DNA of 64,000 nucleotides from Chrysomallon squamiferum (taxonomy: Eukaryota; Animalia; Mollusca): the NCBI GenBank assembly GCA_012295275.1, contig CM022666.1, forward strand, positions 14,508,001 through 14,572,000. Reading direction: 5' to 3'. The notes under the pieces were generated by a model that had not been told where the DNA came from, did not search any database, and worked only from the letters and a program-made list of their open reading frames with translations. The translations under genes were made by a program, and so were the position numbers. The stretch's first letter is position 1; every line of letters starts with the position of its first letter. Below are positions 47,101 to 62,677 of the stretch, piece after piece.

Positions 47101-47776
47101 TTATATCCCTTCTCACACGCATATAGGCAATACCACGATGACAGGCGATACTTTTAGAAGATTTGGAATTCATTCCAATTCGCCTGATTGCTAGAGACTT
47201 ACCCCTAGGAACTCAACGCACTGATCCGTGACTAGCACACTCACAAATACATGTTACCTTGTAAGTACCATGTAACACAATTTTATTGGTTTATTATTAA
47301 TAAAACTGGCGTTATAATTTGTCTCTCTTTCGATAATTGTCCACACACGGCACGATTCGAAGTTCAGAATACGAAAAAATAAAATTAAATTGAATTAATT
47401 CCGACAATATCGTATATATAACATCAAAAAAAAAAAAAAAAAAATAATAAAAAAAAAAAAAAAAAAAAAAATAAATCAACAACAAAAAAAATAAAACAAA
47501 GCAAAACAGAAGAAAAGAAACAAAGGAACCCAAATCTCATAATTTTATATTGTAAAACCAAATCCATCAAATTCACCACACAAATGGACAGTCTTGGTGT
47601 GGGTGTGGGCATATCTACCGTACATGAATCTACAAAACTGTCTTACTGTCTAAGCTTTCTGTCTCTCTGTTTGTCTTTTCTAGAGAGACAGATAGAACGA
47701 ATTAGTGAAAGAAAAGAGAGAAAGATAGAAGCATAACGAGGTGACCGAGGATCGAATAAAGAAAAAGAGAAATACA

Positions 47777-47885
<109 letters not shown>

Positions 47886-49166
47886 AATGTTCTTGAAAAA
47901 AAATAAATGAAGGAACGATCAAACGAACGGAGAAAATAATGAAATAAAAAAATAAAATTTAAAGAGTTGAAACAAAAGCTGAATAAATAACTAAAAACCA
48001 GAAAATAAACTGAGAGAGAGTCAGAGTTTTAAACATTGTTCTTCAAATAACAGTGACAGCAAAATGCTCATTCAAACGAATATTTTAATTTATTTCTTGT
48101 TTATAAGTAGTTTCATCACAGGAAAATATATAATTTCTTGATTTTGTGTTTATGTATCTTTAACAAATTTATGACTGTACTCTGATGACACTAAACTACT
48201 GTCTAAGAGAGACCATCACTATGGTTACATTGTAAACAAATATTCGTATGAATTACTCAGTTGAGATGTCTTTGAATTTTTAAATAATTTGTACATCATA
48301 GTGAACTATTCAATAAAGACTTCAGCATCTGTTTAATGATCAGAAAAGTTGGGGAATGACCATATATATATATATATATATATATATTTTTTGTTCTTCT
48401 TCTTATTATTATTTCTTTATTCCTTTTATTATACTTTTTTTTTACATTTATTTATTTAACTATTTTTATTTTATTTAGGAAAATGGTTTCAGTGACAAGA
48501 CAGAAAAACAACAAAAATAACCTAAAGCATATAACAGTGAAAGAAGAATATGTGAATTAAAAGGAATAACTAATAAAGCAACGCCCCCACCAACATCAAG
48601 ACCAATATACCCCACTTGATGCGGCCATGTTTAGAAGAAACAAATTTCAGTGTGCGATGACTCACTCAAGTTTCACATTAGTTAACAGTGAGAGATTTGC
48701 TTTATTTGGGTTTATATGCATGGACAGAAAGTTTCTAGTGGATGCATTTTTTCGATGCAAGTCATTTGAGCGATGCAAGTGAATCGATCCATTGACCTGT
48801 GACTTGCACAATCACAAATACACTTTACCTTGTAAATACCACGTAACCCCAATAGCAGATTATATCAGTTTAAAGTGTAATAGTAGAAATAAATAACATT
48901 AAAAAGTTAGTTATACTTCCAAGATATTTAATAATTGTTTAGAGCGAGTTTCACCGCTCATAACTAAGTGACACAAGTTACAAAACAACTGAACGTCTCC
49001 AGTTTTCCCGTTTGCAACTTGAGTCATGCCGCACTGTTTTGGTCTCAAGAAAAGAATCGTTAGAACAAATTTGCACACCTTTGTCAGTGTTGTAGATAGT
49101 AACTGTAGATATACATTTAAATGTACAGCCTTGCTGCTGTACTTTGTAAATAATTAAGTCAGGACG

Positions 49167-49205
<39 letters not shown>

Positions 49206-50389
49206 TTAATGTATGAAACTTAATAAGTAATTAATTCTGATGACGTGCTCTTTTACTCGAATATTTACTATTATTTATTTATTTATGTATTTATTTATTT
49301 ATTTTCAGTATGTAAAAACTATTAGAGCAAAAATGCATGTAGATGACTTTAATAGTGTAGAATGTTCAAAGTCATTCATTGTAAGCAGCTGTTATTTTTA
49401 TCGTCGTAACAACAAAACTTGTAGTTTGATCAGCAGTGTAAATTCTTAACGAAACTGGTGTATAAAATTTTAGAATCTAATCTGTTTTTCAGAATATCAG
49501 TTGCATAGGCTGACAAGGAATAATCCTCAAAATGTGCTTAGTAATTGCATGTGGACAGACATGTTGTTTCGGGGTCTCTCAAATTACGTTACTATGAAGA
49601 AAGAACTTAACATATTTAAATAGTGCGGAGTAATACAAATAAATTTTAATTAATTAAACACACAAAAAAGGAAACAAACTAAGAAGCAAATGAAATTAAG
49701 TTACTTAATAAAAGTCATAAAATGATAGAAATCTTCTATAAAAGTTGTAAAAATTGTTACGTTTTACAACAACATTCGTTTCTCCGGAAGAGTCAGCTTT
49801 GTAATTAATTTATTATTATTATTATTTTTATTAGTATTATTATTTTTTTTATTATTATTATAATTTTTTTTAGAATTTCACTTGCTTTAAACAAAAGTAT
49901 AGATGAATATTACACGTGTCATTTATTATATGAAAATATCAGTCGTATATTTTTTAAATATTTTTTTAATTATTATTTAGATTCAGTTAAAATGCACGGA
50001 ATTTAACGTTTAACAAAAATTAATGACAAACTTTTTCTATTTCTTTTTATACTTCACTGACATCAGTTCAATATGTTCATCTGTTTTGAAGATGGCATTA
50101 TTCATAATATGTAAGACATGAAAGCCAGATATAAACAGTACGTGCAAACAACAACATCTACATCTAATTTTAGCATTTTTACTCCAACAAATATAACACT
50201 GTGTACAAAAGAAAATGTAAACATCAATGAATCTGGATCCTGTCAGTTTCGAAGAAACGATATTATAGGAACGTGATTAATTATATTAAAATAAAGTTAA
50301 TCAACCCATCTATTTCTTTAAGACAAAAAACAAAACAAAACCAGACAAACAAACGAATGAGATAAAAGAAAAAATGTAATAACATTTAA

Positions 50390-50448
<59 letters not shown>

Positions 50449-51949
50449 GTATGGACAAATTTACATACCGTTTTCAATGTCGTAGTTAGTTACTGTAGGT
50501 ATATTTTAAAATGTTCTTCCTAGTTGCTATACTTTGTTATTAATTAAGATAATAATAATAATAATAATAATGTCTGATATTTAATTAGTAATTTATTCTG
50601 ATGACGTCGTCTGTTACTCCAATATTTACTATTATTTATTTTTTATTTATTGTCTATTTTCAGAATTAAAAACCAATATCTGTAAAACACTTGTAAATAA
50701 ATTTAATGGTGTAGGACGTAAAACGAAACCTGTAACTTGATCATAATGTGTAAATTCTTAACGAGACTAAGGTGTATAAAATTTCCGAATCTAATCTGTT
50801 GATCGGAATCTCAGACGCACAGGTTGACAAAGAATAATCCTCAAAAAGTGCTTAGTAATTGTGTGTAGACAGACATGTTGTTTCGGGGTCTCTCAAATTA
50901 CGTCACCATGAAGAAACAACTTAACATATTTAAATAGTGCGGAGTAATACAAATGAATTTTAATTAATTAAACACACAAACAAGGAAACCAACTAAGAAA
51001 CAAGCGAAATTAATTAAATTACATAATAAAAGTCGTAATCTTGTATTAGAATATTCATTGTGATAAATCTTGTTTTAAATGTGTTAAACAAAAGTATAGA
51101 AGAACATTATACCTGTCATTTTTCATACCAAAATATCAGTGGTATATTTTTTAAATATCTTTTATTTTATTTAGATTTAGTTAATGCACAGAATGGTTAA
51201 GTCAGTATTGCCTTGAGAAATTATTTAAAGAAATAGGCTAATCTTTTACCTAATTGCCAAGAGCAATGCATAATTATTTTATTCTATTTTATTTTATTCC
51301 TGTTTTTCAAAGTTAAAAATCATATATATTTTTGGTGTTCTTCGTTGAAGTAATTTTTTTCTTACCTTAGCTAAGTTAAAAAAAAAACAGATGTTTAAGT
51401 CTTAAATAAACAAAGTTGTTCTATTTCTTTCGCTGACTTAATTTTTATTTTGTTTTTCATCTTGAGCTAAATCAAATATGTTCCGTTTGATGCTAATATT
51501 CCCAGGTTATAGTGAATGTGTTGATCGGGCCGAACGAAAATTGCTTTATCTGTAAACGGAATACACGACCACAACGTAATACAGACAACATTCATTTTAA
51601 AACTGAATTTTATATGACATAAATTATCTACAGAGAAGCACGTAGTACAAGATGTTGAACTTCTGTAGGATTTACGCATGATACACTTATTTATCTAACG
51701 TTTAACAAAAATTAATGATAAACGTTTTCTATTCGTTTTTATACTTCACTGAAATCAGTTCAATATGTTTATCTGTTTTGAAGATGGCATTATTGATAAT
51801 ATGTAAGACATGAAAGCCAGATATAAACATCTACATTTTAGCATTTTTACTGCTACAAATGTAACTCTGTATGAAAAAGAAAATGTAAACATCAACGAAT
51901 CTGGATACTGTCAGTTTTGAAGAAAACAAAACGTGATTATTAACAAAGT

Positions 51950-52575
51950 ATTGTTATTGTTGCTTTTTCTTGCTGCACCTTGTTGTTCGTTGCTGTTGCT
52001 GTCGGCTGTTGTTGTTTGTGGTTGTTGCTGTTCATTGTTGTTTGTTGTTGTAGTTGGGTGTTGTTGAAGTTCGTTGTTGCTAGTTGTTGTTCTTGCTGTT
52101 GTTGATTGTAGTTAGTTGTAGTTGGTTGTGGTGGTGATGGTGGTTGTGGTTCTTGTAGTTGGTTGTTGTTGTCGTTGGTTGTTGTTCTCGTTGGGTGCTG
52201 TTGTAATTGGTTGTTGCTGTTGTTTCTTTTTGTTTTTGTTGTGGTATTTGTTGTTTTGGTTGTTGTTGGTTGTTTTTTGTGTTGTTGTTCATTGTTATTG
52301 TTAGTTCTTCTTGTTGCACTTTGTTGTTATTGCTGTTGCTGTTATTGTTGGTTGTTGTTGTTTCCGCTTGTTGTTCCTCATTGTTTGCTGTTGCTTGTTG
52401 TTGTTGATGGTTGTTGTTGTTGATGGTTGTTGTCGTTAATTGTTGTTGTAGTTGATTGTTGTCGTTGGATGTTGTTCAAGTTCGTTGTTGTTGCTTTTGT
52501 TGTTGGTTATTGTTTTTGCTGTTGTTGTTGGTTGTTGTTGGTTTTAGTTAGTTGTTGCTCTTGTTGTTGTTGTTC
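51950..52575. repeat. Degenerate (GTT)n low-complexity tract
   Basis: About 600 bp of imperfect GTT/GCT/GGT triplets. Confidence 0.9.
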
Positions 52576-53249
52576 CAGATATTAGATCCGAAAATAGATA
52601 TTCAAGTAAATAATCGTTTATTCATAAATTCTCTGATTACCAATAAACGATTATGATTCTGTACAAATAGAATCCAGTTTTACCAGTTTGATGTGCAGTC
52701 ATTCCGCGGCTTACTATTTCTTTCCGTTCTTACGTGCGTCTGTAAGTCTGGTAAGTAACGTACAGTTTTCATCTTAGTCAAATATTTATCTACGTATACA
52801 ATTATAATATAAATGTATTTTATCTGAAATATCTTAAATATGATACACTGGTAGGGAACGCACTGGGACAGGAGGACAAAGTCCAATCACGACCTCACAA
52901 GCGAAGTCTGATGCCGCTTACGAGACTTGAACGTACAATGGCGGACTATGTTTCATTTCGGCCATGAAGTCAAGATTAAAAGAGTTGCTCAGTAACTGAG
53001 AGTAATCATCGCTTCCCACGAAGCACGCCATTCTTTCTGTCTTTCGTCATTTCTGCGCACATCTATATTTTGTCAGATATATATATATCTGTGTGTATGT
53101 ATCTCTGTGTATGTATCTATATATGTATGTCTGCATATGTGTCTGTCTATGGATGGGTGCACATACATATATATATCTATATTCACACGTGCATGCACAA
53201 GAATATGCGTGTATTTATGAATATGTATGCATATGAGTGTATGTGTGTG

Positions 53250-53367
<118 letters not shown>

Positions 53368-53464
53368 AAACCAACTAGATCCAACAACAATCAACAAGAG
53401 CAACAACAACGAACTTCAACAACACCCAACTACAACAACAAACAATATACATATATATATATAC

Positions 53465-53511
<47 letters not shown>

Positions 53512-54046
53512 CGCACACACATATATATACATACTCATAAATACATGCATATTCTTGTGCACGCACGTGTGAATTAGTTAATAGACGTATTGAAAGATGT
53601 TTAGATAATGCCAGTATGTTTGTATTTGCGTTTAAGCATGTTAATGTTCATTGTTTCTGTTAATCAGTACCACGATCAGACTGTCTGTATATTTCTTTAT
53701 TTCTTATTACTGCCGTTATTATTAACATTATTATTGTTATTATTAATAATAATTTTGTGTTATTCGTATGGTTTAGTTAATCCATTGGAGAAGATACTTA
53801 AATGAATTTTAATTTTACAATATTTTTATCTTTTAAGTACCATGCTTATTGAGATACATGTATATAAAATTGAATACGGCAAATACCAGTGAACGAGAGA
53901 TGTCACAGATTTCTACTTTTTCAAATATTTTAAAATCTACGTGTCATCGTCAACCTTGTATTTTTAAAAATCAAATTTTACAACAGACGTTCAGCTGGAG
54001 TTTCAAACAAAACTGGTGTAAACACTGATATGGACTTCTGATAACA

Positions 54047-57040
54047 GAACTTGACCTACGTAACTGCTGAGTAGGATTTGTGTCACGTGCTGCTACAAAC
54101 GCCCACCTTAACATACAAGTTTTAGTTTAGTTTTAAAACTGAAGAACAATCTGTTTTGTCACGTGTTGCGATCATGTGTCACGCGCTTCTGTTTCGCGAG
54201 GAAAGCCCACCAAGAGAATTGTAATAACTGTATTATTTTGTAACATCTTTTTACATACTAAGTGTTATTTATCGGGTTACACGTTAAGAAATCTTGTTAT
54301 ACAAAATTAACATGTAAAATATTTATCAAATAAGGATATATAATATTTATTAGAACATGCCTGAAAATATGGAAGAAAATACAACTGGTAGAAAATATGT
54401 AATAGAATTTGCTGCTTTAGTCAAGAAAAATCAGAAAGAAACCTTAGAAATAATTTTAAAAAAAGAACAAAAGACCAAAAGAGTTAGTAATGTTACCACA
54501 GTGGTTAATAGAAATCGTATCAGGAGATTTGGGACAGCCAATTTGATATTTATTATCTAGCACATGAAAGAAAATTTACTTTAACGGAAAGTTTTTAGTG
54601 GATAAAGAAGAAAAATCGTAGGAAAAATAAACTTTAGGTCTTCAGATGGACCATGCAGGTGGATTGACCCATTGACCTATGACTTGTAAAATCACAAATA
54701 CACTTCACCTTGTAAATACCCGAGTAACCCGAGTAGCAGATTTTCCCAGCTTACAGTGTAATAATGGTGTAGGACGTTCAAAGACATTCATTGTAAGAAG
54801 CTGTTATTTGTATCGTCGCTAACAACAAAACGTGCAATTCTTAAAGAGACTAAGGTGTATAAAATTTCAAAATCTAATCAGTTCATCAGAATATCAGACT
54901 CATAGGTAGACAAGGTGCCGAATAATCTGTTTAAAATGTGCTAAGTAATTGTATGTAGATAAACATGGAGTTTCAGAGTCTCTCAAATTACTTTATAATG
55001 AAGTAAAAACTTAACACTTAGAAATAATGTAAATAAATACCTAATCAAACAAACAGATGAAACAAACAATTAAATTACTTAATAAAAGAAATACAGTAAT
55101 AGAAATATTGTATTAGAAAACTGACTGTGATAAATCTTGTTTTTAAATGTACATTCATATGTGCCCGAAGTAAAACTATTTCAAATATGAATTAGATTTT
55201 TCAGTACGGAATTAGTTTATATAAAACTGAAGAACATTTTGTAATAAAAAGTCGCACTCTTTACTACTGAGTCACTCGTATTTGACAATCCTTAAGTTTA
55301 CAAAACCAATAAAAAGTTAAATGACTGATGTGAAAATTATTCAAACAGAGGTAATCACATTTTAATACCAGGGGAAGTATACAATAAAAATACACATACA
55401 TATATACATTCATAGATATATACATATACAAGAAAAATCACGTTGATATATGTCGGCTAAACGACGTTACATTCAGAGGGGTTGGAGTTCATTGCAAGTC
55501 GCCTGTTTGCTTTAGTCGTACACCCAGTAACTTGAACCCTGGACCAGTGACTTGCACAAACACAAACACATTTTACTTGTAAATAACATGTAACCCGAAT
55601 TTATTCATTGCTTATTAATAAGACTTGCCAAATAGTTTGTTCTTCTTTCAACAATTGTCCCTACACTGCAATGTGCAAATTTCCGAATGGATAAAAATTG
55701 AATTAAACTGAAACTTTAAACAATGTATGTAGTTGCTGTATACAGTTGTAATACACCAATAATCACATCTCATCTGAGTCTCCTGTATACTATTTTAGTT
55801 CATTTATAATTTTATTATTTTCACAGTAACAAATTAAAACTATATGAAAGAAAAAAATAAAGAGAAATGAATTTGGTGAAATTAAAATATTATATCAATT
55901 TTGAAGAGATATTCAAATTCTCAACATGAATTAGTTATTTGTTTGAAAACACTGTTAAACCGCAATAGTACACATCAGTAATACAAAAAGACCAACTAGC
56001 TAACCAACTACCCAAACAATCAAAACAAAACAAACAAACAAACAAACAAACAAACAAACAGACAATCAAACAAACAAAAAAAAAAAAAAGAAACAAAACA
56101 ACCCAAGTCCAATAGTTTTATATTGTTAAGGCAAATTCAACAAATTCAACATAAGAATGGATAATCTTTCTGTTTGTATAGACAGATCTACCTTTCTGTT
56201 TGTTTGTCTGTCTTTACATGCATCTATCAAGCTGTCTTGATGTGGGTGTATACAGATCTACTTGTGTCAAATAGAGGTATAAGAAAACATTACACCTAAC
56301 ATTTATCATATTAAGATATCAGTACATATTTGTTATTAATACATCGTTTATATTTAGATTTAATCAAAAAGCACTGAATATTATTGTCAGTAGTGATTTA
56401 ATAAATTAATTAAAGAATATACGAAACTGTTATCTGGTTATCACGGTCAATACATTTTTTTTTTTTCATTTTCTTTCTTTCTTTCTTTCTTTCTTTCTTT
56501 TTACTTTCTTCATTTATTTTTTTTTCAAAGTTAATTGTTAAAATAGAATTATTTCGTAAATTAAATTTTTCTTTCCTAAGTTAGTTCAAGAAACAGCCGA
56601 AGTTTAGCTCATATTTAATCAAAATTAATTTGTTATTTTTTCTTTCGCTCACTTAATTTTTATTTTGTTTTTCATCTTGTGCTACATCAAATACGTTCGT
56701 CTTGACGCTATTATTCCCGCGGTATCAGTGAATGATTTGACACAGCCAAACAGAATAAATGTATTTGTAAACTGAATATACGACCACATAATATAGACAA
56801 CAGTCGTTTAAAGTCTGTTGTATGACACAAATTATCTGTACAGAAACAAGTAATACAAACTATAGATATACTGTAAGATTCACGCCTTTTATATTTTCTA
56901 TTTAACGTTTAAAAAATGATAAATATTTTCTACTCAGCCAACAGAAATTCGTTTTCCTTTTAATTTCATTGAAACCAGTTCATTGCGTTGATCTGTTTTA
57001 AAGCTGACATATCTGACAATACGTAAGACATGAAACAGTT
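54047..57040 (+). repeat. Segmental duplication block B2
   Basis: Counterpart of 13583-16610. Confidence 0.95.
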
Positions 57041-58165
57041 TGTGTAGATATTTGCTGTGTACAGTTGTCATAAACAATACGTGCAAATAATCACATCTCA
57101 TCTGAGGTGTTCAGTTCTTTCATAATTTTATTATTTTTAATGCTACAAATTAAGTAACGTCTGAACAATAATGTCACATGTTTAACGAAATTGATATATT
57201 AAAATACCGTATTAATTTTGAAGAGATATACTCGTTGTTAATTTTAATGTGATTGTTTATTTTAAAATACAGTTAAACCACAATATAACTAATCTTTAAC
57301 ATGACAAAGAAAACAAACAAGTATATGTGGATGTTTGTGTAAGTGCATGTGTGTCCGACAGATAAGTTTTGAAACATTTTTCTTAGAATAATAGTGCAAA
57401 CAAATTTTAAAATTTAGTTTTACATGTTGTTTGACCTATATAAATCTCGTTTTATTGAAAGAAACGTTATAATTTATGTTTCTTCGTGGTTAATCGATGT
57501 ATGACTATACTTCATCAAAGTCAAGAGAAAAGATCATCGCCATGGTTACATCATAAACAAATATTCGTTTGACCCATGCATGTTAAACTTAAGAACAAAA
57601 CAATCAAGACTTCAGTGTCTGTTTAATAATCAGATAAGGAGAAATCAACATATTAAATTATTTAATATTAGTGTCTGTTTGTGTGTTTATATATGTATTT
57701 ATTTATCTATTTATTTGTATATTTCTATAAATGTACCTATTTATGGATTCATTTATATGTATACATTAATTAATTAAAAAGTTAATTTATTGTTTCTTTG
57801 TGGCGGAAGTCACGAGCACACAGCTAATATTTTTAGTATTTTAAAATTAAAACTTTGAAATTTTAAATGAGATGTAAAAGCAAATATATAAATAAATAAA
57901 TAAATAAAAATAAATAAATAAAAAATTAAACTGAATGAATAAACATAAATATGAAAAGTAGGAAAGAATAAGGAAAAAAAAAAGAGAAAATAAACTAATG
58001 TGCTGAGTAAAACCAACAACAGTATACTCGACTTGAAATTTTATAATGCGGCTCTGTGTAGAAGTGACTCACTCAAGTTTCACAATCCAAATAAGCAGTG
58101 ATCATTGGTTATATACAAACACAGGTAAAGACACGTCTTTATAGCAAGGGAGGTATATGATAAAA

Positions 58166-58481
58166 AAGGGTCGGAAGACTTTGGTCCGCGGGCCACATCC
58201 GACCCGCGAGAGATTTTAGTCCGGCCCGCCACCTGAACACTTGGACATCAGTTGTTACATTAACTTCGTTGTTTTTTCTTTAAACCTCCAGACCTCCTAG
58301 AATCCCTTTTTGGTGCTCAGTATTGAAGACAGAACTGACAGAGAGATATATATCGGTGTGTGTGTGTTTATATGTGTTTTTATGTGTGTGTGTGTGTCTG
58401 ATATATTTGATATCTTGGTCCTCCCGCAAAACACTACATAACTGTCTGGCCTCCTCTCTCCAAAAGGTTGTTACGACCCTC
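58166..58481. mobile_element. Non-autonomous hAT-type MITE
   Basis: Left end AGGGTCGGAAGACTTTGGTCCGCGGGCCACATCCGACCCGCG and right end AAAAGGTTGTTACGACCCT form inverted termini, with GGCCCGC-type subterminal motifs. TSD is not clean. Confidence 0.75.
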
Positions 58482-59069
58482 TTTAAAAGACATTCGTGCC
58501 ACGGCGTAGTAATATTACCGCAGTGATTAAATCAAGCCATATAAGGAGATTTGAGGATTCTGCAGTGTGGGACTATTTCTGCAGGACTGATATAAAAAAG
58601 ACGAAGGACTCGCAACTGGACCAAGTCTGAGTTGAAGATTAAAAGAAAATAACTGTCAACTTTATCTTAAAACAACACTGAATTTTTACTTAGGTAAGAT
58701 CACTTTTTTGTTCTTATATTATTACTGTGGTTGTTGTTGTAGTTGTAGCAGTTGTTAATGTGATGATCATGATGATTTTACTTTGTTATTAGCGTCTCCT
58801 TAATGCAGTTTTGTAGACTTACTCTGATTTCTGTTATATTGTGTTTAGTACTGTAAGAAACGAAAGTCGTTGTCTTTACTGTAAAGTCTACTATTAGAAA
58901 AAAGATACTTTTTATATACGTCTTCCGACAGATAAAATATTGTTATATTATTATTTCTACTATGACTACTAGCAGTAGTGATATTGTTAGTATTGTTGTT
59001 TTAGTTGTTATTGAAATCATTGTTATTATTATTGTTGTCGTTAAACTTGTTGTTATTATTGTTGTTGTC

Positions 59070-61652
59070 ATAGAGTCTGTCTTGACCCATAGAAGCTCAC
59101 AAAAGTGTTTCATCTTGCTAAATGATGTCTCGCAGCTGGCAATGGAAATTGCTATGGTTAGCATTATCTGAAAAATCTGCGAAGATTAGGAAAGACACTG
59201 TATATCCATACTGAATAATGAATTTGAGAGGTTTTTCAGGTCTTGTTATCTTCATGTTGGTACAACTTGACAGCAGCATTCAGCAATCCAGTATTTTTTC
59301 ATGTAGCTGATGTCCATCAATATCAGAGCTGTACAGTTGACATAAACCTCCACGCTTCTTCTTTAGGTCATTGGTGTCGATACTTTAACTCAGTGCCTCG
59401 TCATGAAGAAGGAACCCAAACTTGATATCTGTGTCATACAAACGAGTGAACAGTTCATCCATTTTTCGGTGAAGACGGTTGAGTGTTACCTTCATGACTC
59501 TTTCAATTACCTCCTTAGTTGTTATCCCAGCATCTCTTGAGTTCTCACCAGCCATTCGTAGTTTTCGTCTCCGACTTCTTTCTACATCAAAATTCCGTTC
59601 TTCGAGTCACTCACTGACCCACACTTCTCTTATATCATCAAAAGGATCATGAAACTTCGTGTTAGGATCCTGCAGCCTCTTTTGAACTCGGTCAGTGAAA
59701 ATAAGTATTTTGTCCCAAAATCCTAGCAAAGTTAGAAAATCGTAACTCAATAAGAGGTTATACAGCTAACTTGCATCTTTTCTTGTTTCACTTATCTGAT
59801 TTTCATTGCCTGTCGTATCCTGCAGGACTCACAGTATCCCCATAAGGTACTTTACTGACGGAGTTTACTGCTTCTGTCCTCGCACTTCACTTGGTTTCTG
59901 ACTCTGATTTAACAACCATTGGCATAGTTTTTCCAAACTCTGTGTTGAACGAGAGAACAACACATACAGAGGTTGGATGTTTCCAGAAAATGTGACCATC
60001 ATTGGATCCTGCTAACACCACGTATGTGCCCAGCCATCACAACAGCTTTGTGATACCACTGTGACCGACAATCTTGTAGCTCCACTTCGTTTTTCTCTAG
60101 CTGTTTCAAGGTGTCGTCAACCAAGCTCTCAGCGTCCATCTGGCATATCTGGTCAATATAAGAAAGAGCTGTTTAACGCACACTACTTTCTTCTGAAATC
60201 AACTTCCACGTAACTCACTACGTCTGACATCTGATCACGGCGTGCTTGAGCAGGAGTCGAGTCGAACATGACACAAGACTACTTGGCTCTACGAATGCTT
60301 CTTAGTAAACACTGGATGCCATCAGATGGATGAAGTCATTCTGGACTCCTGGTGTAAGATAAGACATTGATCCTGTATGACCTTTCACATAGGTCAAGTG
60401 TTCTTTCATGACAGGGTCAGAAATAGCCAGTAGTTTCATTAAGCCAATTTTCTTTCCACATTGGAGCCAAGATCTTTATCTTGCTGAAGTCCTCTCCGTG
60501 TCCTCGCAAAGCCAGGTTCTGAGTTGCAAGGAGATTTATGCAGTGAAGGATTCTTGTTAAACAATCACTCTACTTCTGGTTTTCGTTCTCTGTGATTGAA
60601 GTTCCAAGTCATTAATTCTGTTGTCATTAACGTCCTTTCCATTTCTTTCCACTGGGTGAAGCTCTTCATTTTCTTGAACAGTAAACGTTTCAGGTGAATT
60701 GCACTGTTGAATCCACTTTCTTGCTCCAATGAGAATTGATCGTCTGACCTTGAATAGAAAAGATAACAGATGCAACATGCTGAGTTTTTAGACAGGAATT
60801 AGACCAGCTCAGAGCGAGTCATTTCTTCACTGTAACCATTCCCCAGTTTTCTGTTGAACCAAGTTTTGTTCACTCAGCGATTGTTTGCTCGTAGAAAATA
60901 ACCCTCACTTTTCTGGAAATAGTTTGATTCCATCTTGATAATTTCCGTTCGTAATGCATCATACAGAATTGTTTTTCTGGTATTCTTGTCGAATGTCATG
61001 CTGTTTAATTACTTCTGGCAGTTCGAGGCTCCTTGGCACCCACCATCCACTTCACTAGGTTCCGTGTGTTTACGTTCAGTCTTCTCGGGTACATTTTTGA
61101 GAATACATTCAACATCATCATCGCCAGCTCCATCGTCTTCCCCTACTGTCACGTCAACATCCTGTCTGGCACCTTCACTCTTAATCTCATACACAGATTT
61201 ATCTGACTTTATTCCTCTTTAGCTTGTGACACATTTGTACGCGATCTAACTTCAGATTCCAAGAAACTTGTAGTAGGTGCAGGTGTCAAAGTACTTGTCC
61301 CAGGCATTTCAAAAAATAGCACTAAGAACTGGCTTGAGTTTAGTGCTTCCTCTGCATCCAACTTTCATATATTTGGCCTTTCAGCTCCACTTTCCTTTAT
61401 GTGGGGGGCAAACAAAATAAAAAAAATAAAAATATAAAATAATATATATATATATACACACACACACACATACATACATACACAATCGGGCCACCCTATT
61501 ACTTCTCACGCACATACAAAAATACAGAATGACAGTTCATAATATGTTTGAAGAAAAAACTCTGATTTTTCAGAATCTGCTGAGTGACGCCCCCTCCAAG
61601 TGGTGGCTCTCAGGGCAAGTGCAATACCTGCCATACCCTAGTCACGCCCCTG
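59070..61652 (-). mobile_element. Longer degraded hAT transposon of the same family, 3'-truncated in the hATC dimerisation domain
   Basis: 5' TIR on the minus strand CAGGGGCGTGACTAGGG at 61652. Colinear with 42265-43590. LTIAISIASCETSFSKMK (hATC motif) at about 59110-59164. Many frameshifts and stops. Confidence 0.9.
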
Positions 61653-62039
61653 ACGGTGAGAGCTGGGCTATAAATAAACTAGCTCTTCGTAGGTTTCTAG
61701 AAAAATATGAATAAGACTTAGATATTACCTGTACTGAAATTAACATTTATTTGTTTAGTTTCACACTGGAATCAATTTTAAAGGCAGTGTATCAGAAACG
61801 ATTTCAAGAATATTTAATTTCTATTAATATAAATAATATATTAATAATAATGTATTAGGTGAAATACTTGAGAAAGCTCAATGTAAAGATATCAAGTGTA
61901 CACACATTAGTACTATTACTGTTCTTGTTGTTTTTCTGTTGTTAGTGGTGATAACAGTAAAAGGACGGTGGCATTTTTAATGTACCTGTTTATTCCTTGT
62001 AGTCTGCTGTTGATTTGAACATGTATACAATTTTTGATT

Positions 62040-62677
62040 GCCCATTTTTTGTAACGTGTTTTTAAATAACAAAAAATGTATTTATAAATGACAAAGATTG
62101 TAAAAAAAAAAAAAAAATAATAAAAGAGAATGTAAAGAAATAAATTGGTTTTGTAAAGTGTATTTATCTTGGAAATCAGAGAAAATATTTTAACGCCTTT
62201 GCCTGGAGTTACAGCCTTTATCGACTCCTCCTGCGTCAGTATGGTACATGTCGTAGAACTACTACGCTCGTACTGCCTAGCCAAGTCGACTACACTCGCA
62301 CCTCTCTCATTTTTTTCTATGATGTCATGCTTTAATTCAATGGACATCATCCGCTGCTTCTTCTCAGCACTGTCTTTTGCACTCACTTTCTTATGATCCA
62401 TGGTCAAAAGAAAGAAATTTGGCATAATACTGCAGAAGACACGAAAACAACACAACAGAGATGCTTCCACGGCGAAGTAACCACGTGAAGTAAAGAGTGA
62501 GACGCGGAATGCTGGCCGGATGTTATGTTGTTCGTTGCGTCTACTAGCGGAGGCGTATTTGAAGTTCGCTCGTAACTAGGATTTTGGCTCGCAACTCAGA
62601 GCAAATAGTCGACCAAGCGACTGCTAGCAAGTCGGAAAACTCATATGTTGGGGCACTCGTAAGTGAAGGTACCACTG
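62040..62677 (-). mobile_element. Tigger/pogo (Tc1-mariner) transposon relic with N-terminal CENP-B-type HTH
   Basis: MDHKKVSAKDSAEKKQRMMSIELKHDIIEKNERGASVVDLARQYERSSSTTCTIL from ATG at 62401 (TIGD1-like). TIR CAGTGGTACCTTCACTTACGAG at 62677, flanked by TA at 62678-62679. Left boundary uncertain. Confidence 0.85.

Noticed and set aside
52080-52423. Gln/Thr/Asn-rich and Val/Cys-rich ORFs
   Set aside because: Products of a degenerate (GTT)n tract.
54357-54560. 67-aa ORF MPENMEENTTGRK...
   Set aside because: The near-identical paralog at 13928 is frameshifted, and there is no recognisable domain.
59070-61652. Domesticated ZMYM1-like host gene
   Set aside because: Multiple frameshifts and stops plus a retained TIR indicate a dead transposon.
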